Shown here in pieces: positions 1 through 9,553 of a stretch of DNA of 64,000 nucleotides (position 1 is the first letter of the stretch; each line of letters opens with the position of its first letter). The stretch comes from a virus: IMG/VR virus record IMGVR_UViG_3300048065_001187, positions 64,001 to 128,000 of that record, one strand, 5' to 3'. Position numbers and translations under genes: made by a program. The notes under the pieces are model-generated. The model searched no databases. It saw only the letters and a list, made by a program, of their open reading frames with translations, and was not told the origin of the DNA.

Positions 1-1
1 T

Positions 2-700
2 ACTGCCGCAGTCATTAATTCATGCATCACTTATAATGTCAAAAGACTTGTATTTACTTCCTCATTAGCCGTATATGGCCATGGAGACGGAGGCATCTTT
101 AAAGAAGAGCAGACTCCAGCTCCAATTGATCCATATGGTGTTGCAAAATATGCTTGCGAAATGGATATTAAAATCGCTGGCGAACAGCATGGACTGGATT
201 GGTGTATTATCAGACCTCACAATGTATATGGCGCGAAGCAAAACATTTGGGACAGATACAGAAATGTTTTAGGTATTTGGATGTTTCAATATATACAAGG
301 ATTACCAATGTCTATTTTTGGAGATGGAAGCCAGACACGAGCATTTAGCTGTGTTGATGACATTTTATCTCCATTATATAAAGCTGCAATTAATCCAGAA
401 GCTTCAAAAGAAATAATTAATCTTGGTGGAGTAGAAGAGCATTCCATTAATGAAGCCAATAAAATTTTACTTGATATCATTAAAGATGGACAGTCTTCAT
501 ACAAAGAATCTCGCCACGAAGTTAAACACTCTATACCTACATATCAAAAATCTGTAGATATCTTAGGCTTTGAACATACCGTTTCCCTGCAAGAAGGTTT
601 ATCAAAAATGTGGGCATGGGCACAAACACAACCAGTGCGTGAAATTTTCAAATGGGAAAAATACGAGGTTGATAAAGGGATATATGATTTTTGGAAATGA
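2..700 (+). CDS. NAD-dependent epimerase/dehydratase (5' truncated by window edge)
   Basis: Frame open from base 2: ...FTSSLAVYG...DPYGVAKY (YxxxK), RPHNVYG, IFGDGSQTRAF; extended SDR motifs. Confidence 0.9.
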   Translation, partial: TAAVINSCITYNVKRLVFTSSLAVYGHGDGGIFKEEQTPAPIDPYGVAKYACEMDIKIAGEQHGLDWCIIRPHNVYGAKQNIWDRYRNVLGIWMFQYIQGLPMSIFGDGSQTRAFSCVDDILSPLYKAAINPEASKEIINLGGVEEHSINEANKILLDIIKDGQSSYKESRHEVKHSIPTYQKSVDILGFEHTVSLQEGLSKMWAWAQTQPVREIFKWEKYEVDKGIYDFWK

Positions 701-1314
701 AAAGATATGATATAATTAATAGCTTTATATTAAAGCATAATCTGGCAAGATACCTAGAAATTGGTGTTTTCAAAGGTGAATGTATAGAAAAAATCAACAT
801 TAAACATAAAGATGGTGTTGATCCTGGCCATGAAAACGAAATGCACCGCATGGTTAATCACAACACTACTTCTTGTTCGTTTTTCGCTGGTTTTTTTCAT
901 GGCATGTCAGTTGAAAAATATGACATAATTTTTATAGATGGCTTGCATGAATCAGATCAGGTAGATAAAGACATAAAGAATTCCTTATTGTCAACAGCAG
1001 ATAACGGTTTTGTATTAATGCATGACTGCAGTCCTCCTACTAAAAAACATGCTCAAGTTCCTCGTGGATCTCAAGTCGATTGGATGGGGGATGTTTATAA
1101 ATCATTCCTGCGTTCAAGACTCATCAATCCACAGCATAAACATTTCGTAATTGATACTGACTGGGGTGTAGGTGTAATTTTAAAAAACCAACAAGACGAA
1201 AAACTCGACAAAGATTTCATTCAAAAAGGTATCGACTCTTGGGATTTCTTTTGCAAAAACAGGACCGAGTTACTTTCATTGATTTCTGTAGATGATTTTA
1301 AAAAGCATTATTAA
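697..1314 (+). CDS. Class I SAM-dependent methyltransferase (Methyltransf_24-like)
   Basis: YLEIGV, YDIIFIDGLH, MHDC motifs; ATGA overlap with the upstream stop. Confidence 0.8.
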   Translation: MKRYDIINSFILKHNLARYLEIGVFKGECIEKINIKHKDGVDPGHENEMHRMVNHNTTSCSFFAGFFHGMSVEKYDIIFIDGLHESDQVDKDIKNSLLSTADNGFVLMHDCSPPTKKHAQVPRGSQVDWMGDVYKSFLRSRLINPQHKHFVIDTDWGVGVILKNQQDEKLDKDFIQKGIDSWDFFCKNRTELLSLISVDDFKKHY

Positions 1315-2095
1315 TGACAGTTGGTTCTTATCAAATGGCTATATAGATTCGGATTCTTCTATAGATTTACTTGAGCAAAAATACATTCAGCATAATTTAT
1401 CTGTCTTAAAACGATTTAAGCATATTGCTGTAGCCACGACTTATTCTGATTTTTGTGATTCCCTGATCAAAAAGAATGAGGCTTTATGGAAAAACTACTT
1501 CCCAGATTGTCATGTAATTAATGTAGAAAAGAATCGAGGTCATGGCTTTGGAATTGCTGATAGCGAAAATGCATTAATTAATTTATGCAAATCAAAAGGT
1601 GGGAAATGGGCATTAAAAAGCTCAAATGATGTTATATTTAACGAGTCAATATTAGGCATTAATGTCCCTGATGTAGATTTTATTTATTTAAATGGATTCA
1701 AGGTAGAAGATTTAAAAACCTATAATTTTAATCATACAAGACACTATAATAATTATTTTTACCCGCAGACAAATTTTTATTTTATTCGTGCCGACAAAAT
1801 CGATTATTTATACAATGAAGATTATATCAATGAAACATATGAATATATCAAAACAATCAAGGATTATAACAATTGTACATGGGATTATATTGATGGATGG
1901 TCTTGTGAAAATTTCCTAAAACAATGTGTTGAAAGAAATAATCTTAAAAAACATTACTTACTAGACCTAGAATATCATATAAAATTGTGTAAATTTGTAA
2001 GAGAAAGACGAATACTTGACCCAGCTCATAAAAATATGATGATATCAGGTATTTGTCATTTTCAATTTCCAGAACAAAAAATCCACCAGATATGA
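1292..2095 (+). CDS. Hypothetical protein, possibly GT-A fold glycosyltransferase
   Basis: 267 aa ORF in the glycan cluster; NRGHGFG and SNDV resemble degenerate GT-A elements. Confidence 0.4.
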   Translation: MILKSIINDSWFLSNGYIDSDSSIDLLEQKYIQHNLSVLKRFKHIAVATTYSDFCDSLIKKNEALWKNYFPDCHVINVEKNRGHGFGIADSENALINLCKSKGGKWALKSSNDVIFNESILGINVPDVDFIYLNGFKVEDLKTYNFNHTRHYNNYFYPQTNFYFIRADKIDYLYNEDYINETYEYIKTIKDYNNCTWDYIDGWSCENFLKQCVERNNLKKHYLLDLEYHIKLCKFVRERRILDPAHKNMMISGICHFQFPEQKIHQI

Positions 2096-2823
2096 AAGCC
2101 TCAGTAATATTATCATCTTTTAATAATTTGCCTGCATTAAAATTAAGCATTGAAACATTAAAGATTCAAACAGAAAAAGATTTTGAAATAATTATTTCCG
2201 ATGATGGTTCAACAGACGGAACTGTCGAATGGTTACAAGAAGAAAAAGTAAAGCACTTCACGAGACCGAACGAAGGTTATAGACTTGCATATATTTGGAA
2301 CAGGGGCGCAGATTTAGCGTCTGGGGATCGTTTTATATTTGGCAACTCTGATGTTATTTGGGGTCCTGATTTTGTGGCTGAGCATTTGAAATATGCTGAC
2401 AAATTAATTGCAGGGCTTTGCCTATCAATAGCAATTGATAATGTGCCACAAGTTACTCCTGAAAAAATACACCACGATTTCGACTTTATAGATTCACTTA
2501 AATATGGTGATCGCCGCCAAGACTTCATCGATAAACTTAAGCGCCCTTACTTGATTCACGAAAAACCAATACCACCTCGATATATGTATGGAGGCAATTG
2601 GTCTTGCCCTACTCATGTATTCAAACAGATTGAAGGGCTAGACGAAGGTTTCAAAGGTTGGGGTGGCGAAGATTTTGACTTTGCTAGGCGAGCAAAAAAT
2701 GCCGGCAATGAAATTATTATCAATACCAACTGTAAAGGTTATCACTTGGATCACGAAAAAGTCAATAGAGATAACACTCGATCAATAGGAAAAGGTTATT
2801 TTGATGAAAAGTGGAATTCTTAA
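2092..2823 (+). CDS. GT2 glycosyltransferase with GT7 C-terminal-like (GWGGED) domain
   Basis: ASVILSSFN, IIISDDGSTD, GGNWS, GFKGWGGEDFDF, YHLDH. Confidence 0.85.
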   Translation: MKASVILSSFNNLPALKLSIETLKIQTEKDFEIIISDDGSTDGTVEWLQEEKVKHFTRPNEGYRLAYIWNRGADLASGDRFIFGNSDVIWGPDFVAEHLKYADKLIAGLCLSIAIDNVPQVTPEKIHHDFDFIDSLKYGDRRQDFIDKLKRPYLIHEKPIPPRYMYGGNWSCPTHVFKQIEGLDEGFKGWGGEDFDFARRAKNAGNEIIINTNCKGYHLDHEKVNRDNTRSIGKGYFDEKWNS

Positions 2824-3457
2824 AGTTTTTGTATGCTGCCAAAAGTATATTCATCGAGTCGAAGACATAAAAGCTCGAGTTAAAAAATGGAACCTTGGGG
2901 ATTATTTAATATTTACTGGTGGAGAAGAAGAAAAAGGATTAGAAGAAAACGTTATTCAATTAAAGTGCCGCGATTTATATGAAGACCTTCCAGAAAAAAT
3001 GTTTGCTATTTATAAATATTTGGCGGACAATAATTATCCAGAAAAATATAATCATTTTTGGAAAATAGATGATGATGTTGATTGGTTAAGGTGGAACGAG
3101 GGAAGGGAAGTCGATCTTCTAAAATCTCTTGATGGTTACGATTACGCAGGCTTTCAGATCAAAACAAAAGAAGGTAAAAGAGGGTGGCATATAGGTAGGG
3201 TGCGAGAAGATTCCCCTTGGTGTAATAAAAGATACGATGGGATATATGTAGATTGGGCGGCAGGAGGATCAACTTATTTCTTGAGCGGTAAATCCATTGG
3301 CAAGTTTAAAGGACTCGAAGGTATTAATGAAATTAGAGAAAGTGAAATATACGAAGATTTAGCTATCGCAAAGTTTCTTAGGAAATTTGATATATTCCCG
3401 GCGGAAATCAACCCTTGGCCAGACAAGCGAGTACTAAGATTAGACATTAACAAATGA
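2801..3457 (+). CDS. GT31-like (galactosyltransferase/Fringe-like) glycosyltransferase
   Basis: YEDLPEKM, WKIDDD (DxD), AAGGSTYFLS, YEDLAIA. Confidence 0.7.
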   Translation: MMKSGILKVFVCCQKYIHRVEDIKARVKKWNLGDYLIFTGGEEEKGLEENVIQLKCRDLYEDLPEKMFAIYKYLADNNYPEKYNHFWKIDDDVDWLRWNEGREVDLLKSLDGYDYAGFQIKTKEGKRGWHIGRVREDSPWCNKRYDGIYVDWAAGGSTYFLSGKSIGKFKGLEGINEIRESEIYEDLAIAKFLRKFDIFPAEINPWPDKRVLRLDINK

Positions 3458-4026
3458 TCAACCATCAATATAAATGTATATTTATACATGTTGTTAAAAC
3501 AGGCGGGATTTCTGTTTGCAAGGCCTTAAACATGCAAGACAAACAGCTTCATATTTCAGCATCAGAAGCTAAATCTACCACAAAAAACAAATGGAATAAC
3601 TATTTTACTTTCTCGTTCACCAGAAACCCTTGGGACAAGATGGTTTCCCAATATTTTTACAACGGCCAATGTTACACAAGAGATTTTAACGAATATATCG
3701 AGCGTTGGTACAATGACAAAGAATTTATCACAAGTTACAGTTGTGTGCATAGTGACTATTTTGATATTGATCTTGATTTTATTGGTAGGTTTGAAAATCT
3801 TCAAGAAGATTTCGATTTTGTCTGCAAAAAGATTAAAAAGCCATCATGCACTTTACCTCATGAAAATTCTCAACCAATAACTTCTGGACCAAATGGAGAA
3901 AAAGTTTTCCCTAAACCAAAAGAGATACATTATTCTAAGCTTTATAATCAGGACTCAATAGATATGGTCGCTGAAAAATTCTCCAAAGATATTAAATTAT
4001 TTAATTATGAGTTTAATCAAAGTTAA
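3454..4026 (+). CDS. Sulfotransferase (Sulfotransfer_2 family)
   Basis: FIHVVKTGGIS (5'-PSB loop), FTRNPWDKMVSQY (3'-PB), DFIGRFENLQEDF. Confidence 0.85.
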   Translation: MINHQYKCIFIHVVKTGGISVCKALNMQDKQLHISASEAKSTTKNKWNNYFTFSFTRNPWDKMVSQYFYNGQCYTRDFNEYIERWYNDKEFITSYSCVHSDYFDIDLDFIGRFENLQEDFDFVCKKIKKPSCTLPHENSQPITSGPNGEKVFPKPKEIHYSKLYNQDSIDMVAEKFSKDIKLFNYEFNQS

Positions 4027-4798
4027 AAACAAAAGAAGGGGCGGCAATTTATTTCATTTTGCACATTTTATGTGTGATTGCGTTTTCCCTGAAGTTCTCT
4101 CTGGTATACCTGAGCATGACCATGTTTTTAGAATAAAAAATTTAGATCAAACATTGGGTAACTTTGAAAAAATGTATGAAAGCATATTCAATTCTAAAAA
4201 CATGGAAGTAGATCAAACAGCATTTGATAAAATTGAATGCGAAGAAAAAGTCATTGAAAGATTGCCCTCTCATAACAATATAGAAGATTTTAAAAAATTT
4301 ATTGATTTCGTTTTTAGCTCTTTGGATATTGACAAAGCCCCCGATCCTTCTTATCCCGAAGTACTTTTGATTAAAAGAGGAGAAAGAGTAGAGCTAATTT
4401 CTGATTCATATTTAAAAAAACAAAATAAAAATGCAACAAATGGTAAAGAGCGGCGTGAAATCAAAAACATTGATAAAGTAGAAAATATGTTGCATGAAAA
4501 ATATAAAGATAAATTTGGTTCTGTTGTTCTAGAAAATATGGATCTTAAAGATCAAATCATGCATTTTTATCATGCGAAAATTATCGTGTGCGCCCATGGA
4601 GCTTGCATGGCTAATTTATTTTTTTGTCAGCCTGAAACTCTGGTTATCGAAGTCAATGCGCGGACTCCACAAGACAAAAGAATCGGGGCGGGAGTTTATC
4701 CATTTTTTGATACGATTTGCGATGTATTAAATTTAAATCAACATAAGATTGATAGGCACAATGGTTTTAATTTATTGAAGTATATAAATTCTTTATAA
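4007..4798 (+). CDS. GT61 (DUF563) glycosyltransferase
   Basis: NLFHFAHF, RREIKN, QIMHFYHAKIIVCAHGACMANLFF...VIEV. Confidence 0.8.
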   Translation: MSLIKVKNKRRGGNLFHFAHFMCDCVFPEVLSGIPEHDHVFRIKNLDQTLGNFEKMYESIFNSKNMEVDQTAFDKIECEEKVIERLPSHNNIEDFKKFIDFVFSSLDIDKAPDPSYPEVLLIKRGERVELISDSYLKKQNKNATNGKERREIKNIDKVENMLHEKYKDKFGSVVLENMDLKDQIMHFYHAKIIVCAHGACMANLFFCQPETLVIEVNARTPQDKRIGAGVYPFFDTICDVLNLNQHKIDRHNGFNLLKYINSL

Positions 4799-4800
4799 TT

Positions 4801-6186
4801 ATGAGTCGAAAACCAAATGTAATAATTATTCATACCGATGAACATAATCTAAGAACTTTAGGTTGTTATCGAGACTTAATGACAGAAAATCAAGCGTTTC
4901 AGTTCGGTAAAGATGTCAAAGTCGATACCCCAAATATTGATTTTCTTGCTAAAAACGGATGTCTTTTTAATAATTTCATAACTCCATATCCTATATGCCA
5001 ACCTTCCCGTGCTACATTTTTTACTGGTCGCCATTATGACAATGTAATCAATGCTGGGACTGAATGGCAGTCGCAACATTTAAAAAGTAATATAAAAACC
5101 TTTGCTCATTTTTTCAAAAATGCTGGGTATTCAACAAATTACGTAGGGAAATGGCACTTAAATGGAATGAAATCGCCTGACTGGGGAACCTCTCCTAATT
5201 TCGGCTTCGACCATAATCGCTATATGTATAATCGAGGTCATTTTAAAATTGTTGAAGAAACTGGGGATAACATCAGCACTTTTAATTGGGATCCTGATTT
5301 AGCAAATAATAAAAATTACACGACAGATTGGCTTTCAAATAAAGCCATACAAATTATAGAATCTAATAAAACAAAACCATTTTTATTGACTTTATGTATC
5401 CCTGATCCTCATGATCCAAATGTAGTTCGAGAACCTTATAATTCAATGTTTAATAATCTTGTTTTTGATCTACCTCGTACAATGAGGAAATCAGTGAACA
5501 AACCTATGGATCAGCCTTTATGGGTAAAAAATGGCGAATGCGCCAATAAATGGCGTCCAGAATCCATCAAAAAATATTTTGGAATGGTTAAGTGTATTGA
5601 TGATAACGTAGGTAAGATAATTTCTTGCCTCAAAAATATTAATTTGCTTGATAATACAATTTTGGTTTTCACTTCGGATCATGGAGATTTGCTTTACGAA
5701 CATAGATGCCTCAACAAATCATTGCCTTATGATTGCTCTATTAGAGTTCCCATGATTATTTATTATCCCAATAAAATATCGAGCAAAGTGGTAAACACGC
5801 CACACTCAATGCCAGATTTCACTCCAACTGTTCTTGATTTATGCGGAGTAGATTATCAAAAACAATCATTTCACGGCTCAAGTTTTAGTAGTGATATTTT
5901 ATGTTCGGATAAAACCATAGAGAGAGATCGGATAGTTTACAGTAGAACCTGGAACTGGATTGCTATTATTAAAAATTCATTAAAATTAGTTATTTCCATA
6001 GATGATGACCCTTGGCTCTTTGATCAAAAAGTAGACCCTGATGAATTGATTAATTTCTATAATACGAACTCTTACAAAGAGCATATTAAAGAAATGATTA
6101 CAGAAGGTCATTTTCAGCTTAATAAGTATGAACTTAATTATGCTAAACACTCTGATCTTGCATATAAGCTTGAATCCTATCTGTAG
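4801..6186 (+). CDS. Formylglycine-dependent sulfatase without signal peptide
   Basis: KPNVIIIHTD, CQPSR (CxPxR), VGKWHL, FTSDHGD. Confidence 0.93.
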   Translation: MSRKPNVIIIHTDEHNLRTLGCYRDLMTENQAFQFGKDVKVDTPNIDFLAKNGCLFNNFITPYPICQPSRATFFTGRHYDNVINAGTEWQSQHLKSNIKTFAHFFKNAGYSTNYVGKWHLNGMKSPDWGTSPNFGFDHNRYMYNRGHFKIVEETGDNISTFNWDPDLANNKNYTTDWLSNKAIQIIESNKTKPFLLTLCIPDPHDPNVVREPYNSMFNNLVFDLPRTMRKSVNKPMDQPLWVKNGECANKWRPESIKKYFGMVKCIDDNVGKIISCLKNINLLDNTILVFTSDHGDLLYEHRCLNKSLPYDCSIRVPMIIYYPNKISSKVVNTPHSMPDFTPTVLDLCGVDYQKQSFHGSSFSSDILCSDKTIERDRIVYSRTWNWIAIIKNSLKLVISIDDDPWLFDQKVDPDELINFYNTNSYKEHIKEMITEGHFQLNKYELNYAKHSDLAYKLESYL

Positions 6187-6187
6187 A

Positions 6188-6955
6188 ATGAACTTTAAAT
6201 CCTACATGATAACATTCACGAAAGACCCTCGTCGTTTTTCCAATTTTAACGATGTTAAATCTAAATTAAATGGATTGGAATTATTTGAGGCCGCAAATGC
6301 TATTGATTATTATGATATTTTAGAATCAATGGATAGAAAATTTAAATTTCATACCAAAAAATATTTAGACGAATGGAATTGGCTTCCAGGAAAACTTGGC
6401 TGCAATTTATCTTGGTTATTATTATTTAAAAAGATACAATTAAATTACTCTTTTAATCCTGACTTCCCTAAATGGTTTTTAATAGTTGAAGATGATACCG
6501 AATTATTAGAGGAGAATATTGAGGATAAGATTTCGGGCATTATTGAACAAGCAGAAGCTTTGGATAGTTATTTTGTAAAATTTTTAGTTGGCACTGGGAA
6601 AGAAAAATTAAAAAATGGAATCGTTAAATTTTCTCCAGACATTCAGTTCTCAGAGCAGCATCATATAAAAGATAATTTTTATAAACTTATTCCGTCGTGG
6701 GGCAACTGGGCTCAGATATTTCGCATAGAAGCTGTCGAAGCTATTTTATCTGTGATTCCATGGGATGATCATTTAGATTTATTGTTGATGGATTCTCCAG
6801 TGTTTGAAAAGTTAAACGGGGTCGCTTACAAACAAAGCTTTTTCACATATAGTGGCGCAACAAGATTAGAGGAAGCAGACAAGAATTTCGGAAGCTTAAT
6901 ATACAAAAATTCAACTACAGGAAAGGTTGATTGGAGAAAGTTGACAAGATTATGA
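6188..6955 (+). CDS. GT25-like glycosyltransferase
   Basis: RR...FEAAN, GKLGCNLSW, FLIVEDD. Confidence 0.7.
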   Translation: MNFKSYMITFTKDPRRFSNFNDVKSKLNGLELFEAANAIDYYDILESMDRKFKFHTKKYLDEWNWLPGKLGCNLSWLLLFKKIQLNYSFNPDFPKWFLIVEDDTELLEENIEDKISGIIEQAEALDSYFVKFLVGTGKEKLKNGIVKFSPDIQFSEQHHIKDNFYKLIPSWGNWAQIFRIEAVEAILSVIPWDDHLDLLLMDSPVFEKLNGVAYKQSFFTYSGATRLEEADKNFGSLIYKNSTTGKVDWRKLTRL

Positions 6956-7560
6956 CTAAATTTATCTCCTTAGGCTCAAGTTGCTGTGTCAAGCACCATA
7001 TTGATCTTTTCTGCGGAAAAAGTGCAACTCTTCCATTTGACTGGGTAGTTATTGACTTTAAATCTGTGCTAGATCTAATCAGTTGCAGTAACCCTGAAAA
7101 TGTATTTAGCATAGACAATTTGGTTAATTCATCCAAAATTAATCCAGACCTTAAATATGTTTATAGCATTAAAAATTTAAGCCTCTATGAATTTTATCAT
7201 GACTTAAAAGAAGGATCGAGCAAAGAAGATATAATAAACTTTACTCAAAAATACCAAAGAAGATATCATAGATTGATCGATATTATTTCAACTGTTAATG
7301 ATATTTGCTTTATCCACCACGGAAGTTATAACCAAAATGATATTGATGAATTTTGCGAAAAGATTCGACTGATTAATCCTAAACTCGATTTTAAAGTTAT
7401 TATTATTGATAAAGAAAATTCAGTTAATAATTATTCTTGCGATCACACAATTTGTGTTCGAGAAAATTCATTTATAAAATCACAACCCAGCCAAGACGAA
7501 CACTGGTGGAAATTCAATCACATTGATTGGGTTAAAATATTTAATTTGTACTCAAAATGA
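6952..7560 (+). CDS. DUF1796-like putative papain-type peptidase/esterase
   Basis: FISLGSSC, LPFDW, FYHD, KYQRRYHR. Confidence 0.65.
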   Translation: MTKFISLGSSCCVKHHIDLFCGKSATLPFDWVVIDFKSVLDLISCSNPENVFSIDNLVNSSKINPDLKYVYSIKNLSLYEFYHDLKEGSSKEDIINFTQKYQRRYHRLIDIISTVNDICFIHHGSYNQNDIDEFCEKIRLINPKLDFKVIIIDKENSVNNYSCDHTICVRENSFIKSQPSQDEHWWKFNHIDWVKIFNLYSK

Positions 7561-8147
7561 TATCTCACGATTTAAAATGCGTTTTCGTTCATATACCGAA
7601 ATGTGCAGGCACTTCAGTTTATAAAAGTTTAAAATTAGACTTCTTAGGTTCAGGACATGCTCCAGCATCAAAACATTCTGAGTTTTTAAACCAAGGTTAT
7701 TTTTCTTTTTCTTTTGTTCGCAATCCATGGGATCGTATAGCTTCTTGCTATCGTTATTTTAAATCCATGAACCCTGGGGGCAGATGGTACAAAGGCAATC
7801 AAAAGCTTGCTGATTTAGCTAAGCAAATTTCTTTCGATGAATTCGTGAGAAGAGTTCCAGAGTTTCAGAAGATGATGATTAGAGAAGAAGGTTCTGTTCG
7901 TTCTGGAATTCACCTTCAGCCATTCTCCTATTTCCTGGATCAAGAAATTGATTATATTGGTAAAATGGAAAATATTAATCGTGACTATATTAAAATTTGC
8001 CGCCACTTAAATATCAGAATTAGACCCCTCAAAAGAGTCAACACTACTAATTCTTCGAATTATCAAGAATTATATATAGAAGAAACAAAGAATATCGTGT
8101 ATAATATATATCAAGAAGATATAAAAAAATACAATTACGAATTTTAA
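7557..8147 (+). CDS. Sulfotransferase (Sulfotransfer_2 family)
   Basis: FVHIPKCAGTS, FVRNPWDRIASCY, DYIGKME; paralogue of 3454-4026. Confidence 0.88.
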   Translation: MISHDLKCVFVHIPKCAGTSVYKSLKLDFLGSGHAPASKHSEFLNQGYFSFSFVRNPWDRIASCYRYFKSMNPGGRWYKGNQKLADLAKQISFDEFVRRVPEFQKMMIREEGSVRSGIHLQPFSYFLDQEIDYIGKMENINRDYIKICRHLNIRIRPLKRVNTTNSSNYQELYIEETKNIVYNIYQEDIKKYNYEF

Positions 8148-8149
8148 TT

Positions 8150-8713
8150 ATGGAACCATATCAATTTGACAAAGGGTCTGCAAGGTTATCATTACTTGAC
8201 AAAATTAATGAAGGTGATATTTGCGCAGAGATAGGAGTTTTAAAAGGCGACTATGCTAATCTAATTTCTTTACAGCCAATTTCAAAATTGTACCTTATAG
8301 ATCCTTGGGTTAGTATAGCAGATGTTCCTAATCGCTGGCATGCAGTTATGCAAGAAGAAATGGATAGTTACAAGACTAGCGTGGTTAACCGATTTTCAGA
8401 TAACGATAAAGTTCAAGTTATTGAAAAATATTCTGCGGATACGGTTTCTGATTTTGAAGATTATTACATGGATTGGATATACTTAGACGCTAATCATAGT
8501 TATGATTTTGTAAAACAAGATTTGAACAACTGGTGGGCTAAATTAAAATCAAATGGATATTTTTGCGGGAATGCATACACAGATAGCCCTATCGCAAGAA
8601 ATGTTTTAGACTTTGGTGTCATTCCTGCGGTTGATAATTTCCTGGAAGATAAATTTGAAGAAATAAATCATTTCGAAGTTATTGATTCTCAGTATATAAT
8701 TCAAAAAAAATAG
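8150..8713 (+). CDS. Class I SAM-dependent methyltransferase (Methyltransf_24-like)
   Basis: AEIGVLKG, LIDPW, DWIYLDANHSY. Confidence 0.82.
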   Translation: MEPYQFDKGSARLSLLDKINEGDICAEIGVLKGDYANLISLQPISKLYLIDPWVSIADVPNRWHAVMQEEMDSYKTSVVNRFSDNDKVQVIEKYSADTVSDFEDYYMDWIYLDANHSYDFVKQDLNNWWAKLKSNGYFCGNAYTDSPIARNVLDFGVIPAVDNFLEDKFEEINHFEVIDSQYIIQKK

Positions 8714-8719
8714 CTCTCA

Positions 8720-9553
8720 ATGAAAAGGATGGAGGACATTCTTCTTTTATTCAACGAAAGCTTTTTCAGTAATCAAGGCATCGTATCAGTTGCATGCGAA
8801 GACGATATTCCGGATAGAGATTCAATTCTCTTTATCGGTAGTCACAGGCACACATTTAATTTAAAACATTTAACGAAATACCTCGAAGTTATCGAATCAC
8901 GTCCTTTTACTTATTCAATAATTTGCGGAAAAACAGATGGCTGTTTAAATAAAAATATCGATATACCAAAAAACGTCAAAAGAATTTATTGCAATAATAT
9001 TAATTATGCTCACGATGTGATAAAATTTTTTCCTATGGGTAGAGATTTTAGAGCCAGAGACTCTTTCCATAAAAACGACAAACCAAGAAAGCGAGATATT
9101 TTAGTTTATGGTAATTTTTCATTAAATACAAGCTGGATAAGAAAAGCTATTTATTTGTTTACAAAAGACAATCCCATGTATACTCTTGAAAATATTGGCT
9201 CAAGAGGAACAAGAGGAGAAAAACGTTCTTGGTTTATGTCTAATGATCAATTTTTTAATAGATTGCGAAGCAGTAAATTTGTAATGTGTCCGCGAGGAAC
9301 GGCACCTGATTCTTTCAGGTTTTATGACACTCTTTATTGCGGTGCAATTCCTATTGTCGTTAAAGACTCGATGTACGATCAATTTGATCACTCAGAGTTA
9401 CCAATTCTTTTCCTGGATCATCAAAAAGATTATCAAAAAATTAGTGAAGATTTTTTAAATGAGCAATATAATATATTATCTCAAAAAATAAAACCTTATT
9501 ATAAAACATTAGATTTCAATCATTGGATAAAAAGAATTAAATTAGAATTATGA
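8720..9553 (+). CDS. Exostosin-family (GT47) glycosyltransferase
   Basis: SKFVMCPRGTAPDSFRFYDTLYCGAIPIV. Confidence 0.8.
   Translation: MKRMEDILLLFNESFFSNQGIVSVACEDDIPDRDSILFIGSHRHTFNLKHLTKYLEVIESRPFTYSIICGKTDGCLNKNIDIPKNVKRIYCNNINYAHDVIKFFPMGRDFRARDSFHKNDKPRKRDILVYGNFSLNTSWIRKAIYLFTKDNPMYTLENIGSRGTRGEKRSWFMSNDQFFNRLRSSKFVMCPRGTAPDSFRFYDTLYCGAIPIVVKDSMYDQFDHSELPILFLDHQKDYQKISEDFLNEQYNILSQKIKPYYKTLDFNHWIKRIKLEL

Noticed and set aside
75-272. 65-aa ORF at the window start
   Set aside because: Alternate frame inside the epimerase, which is open from base 2 with SDR motifs
8097-8101. GTGTA inside the sulfotransferase gene
   Set aside because: Coding position 48 nt from the next start, outside the usual spacing; not counted
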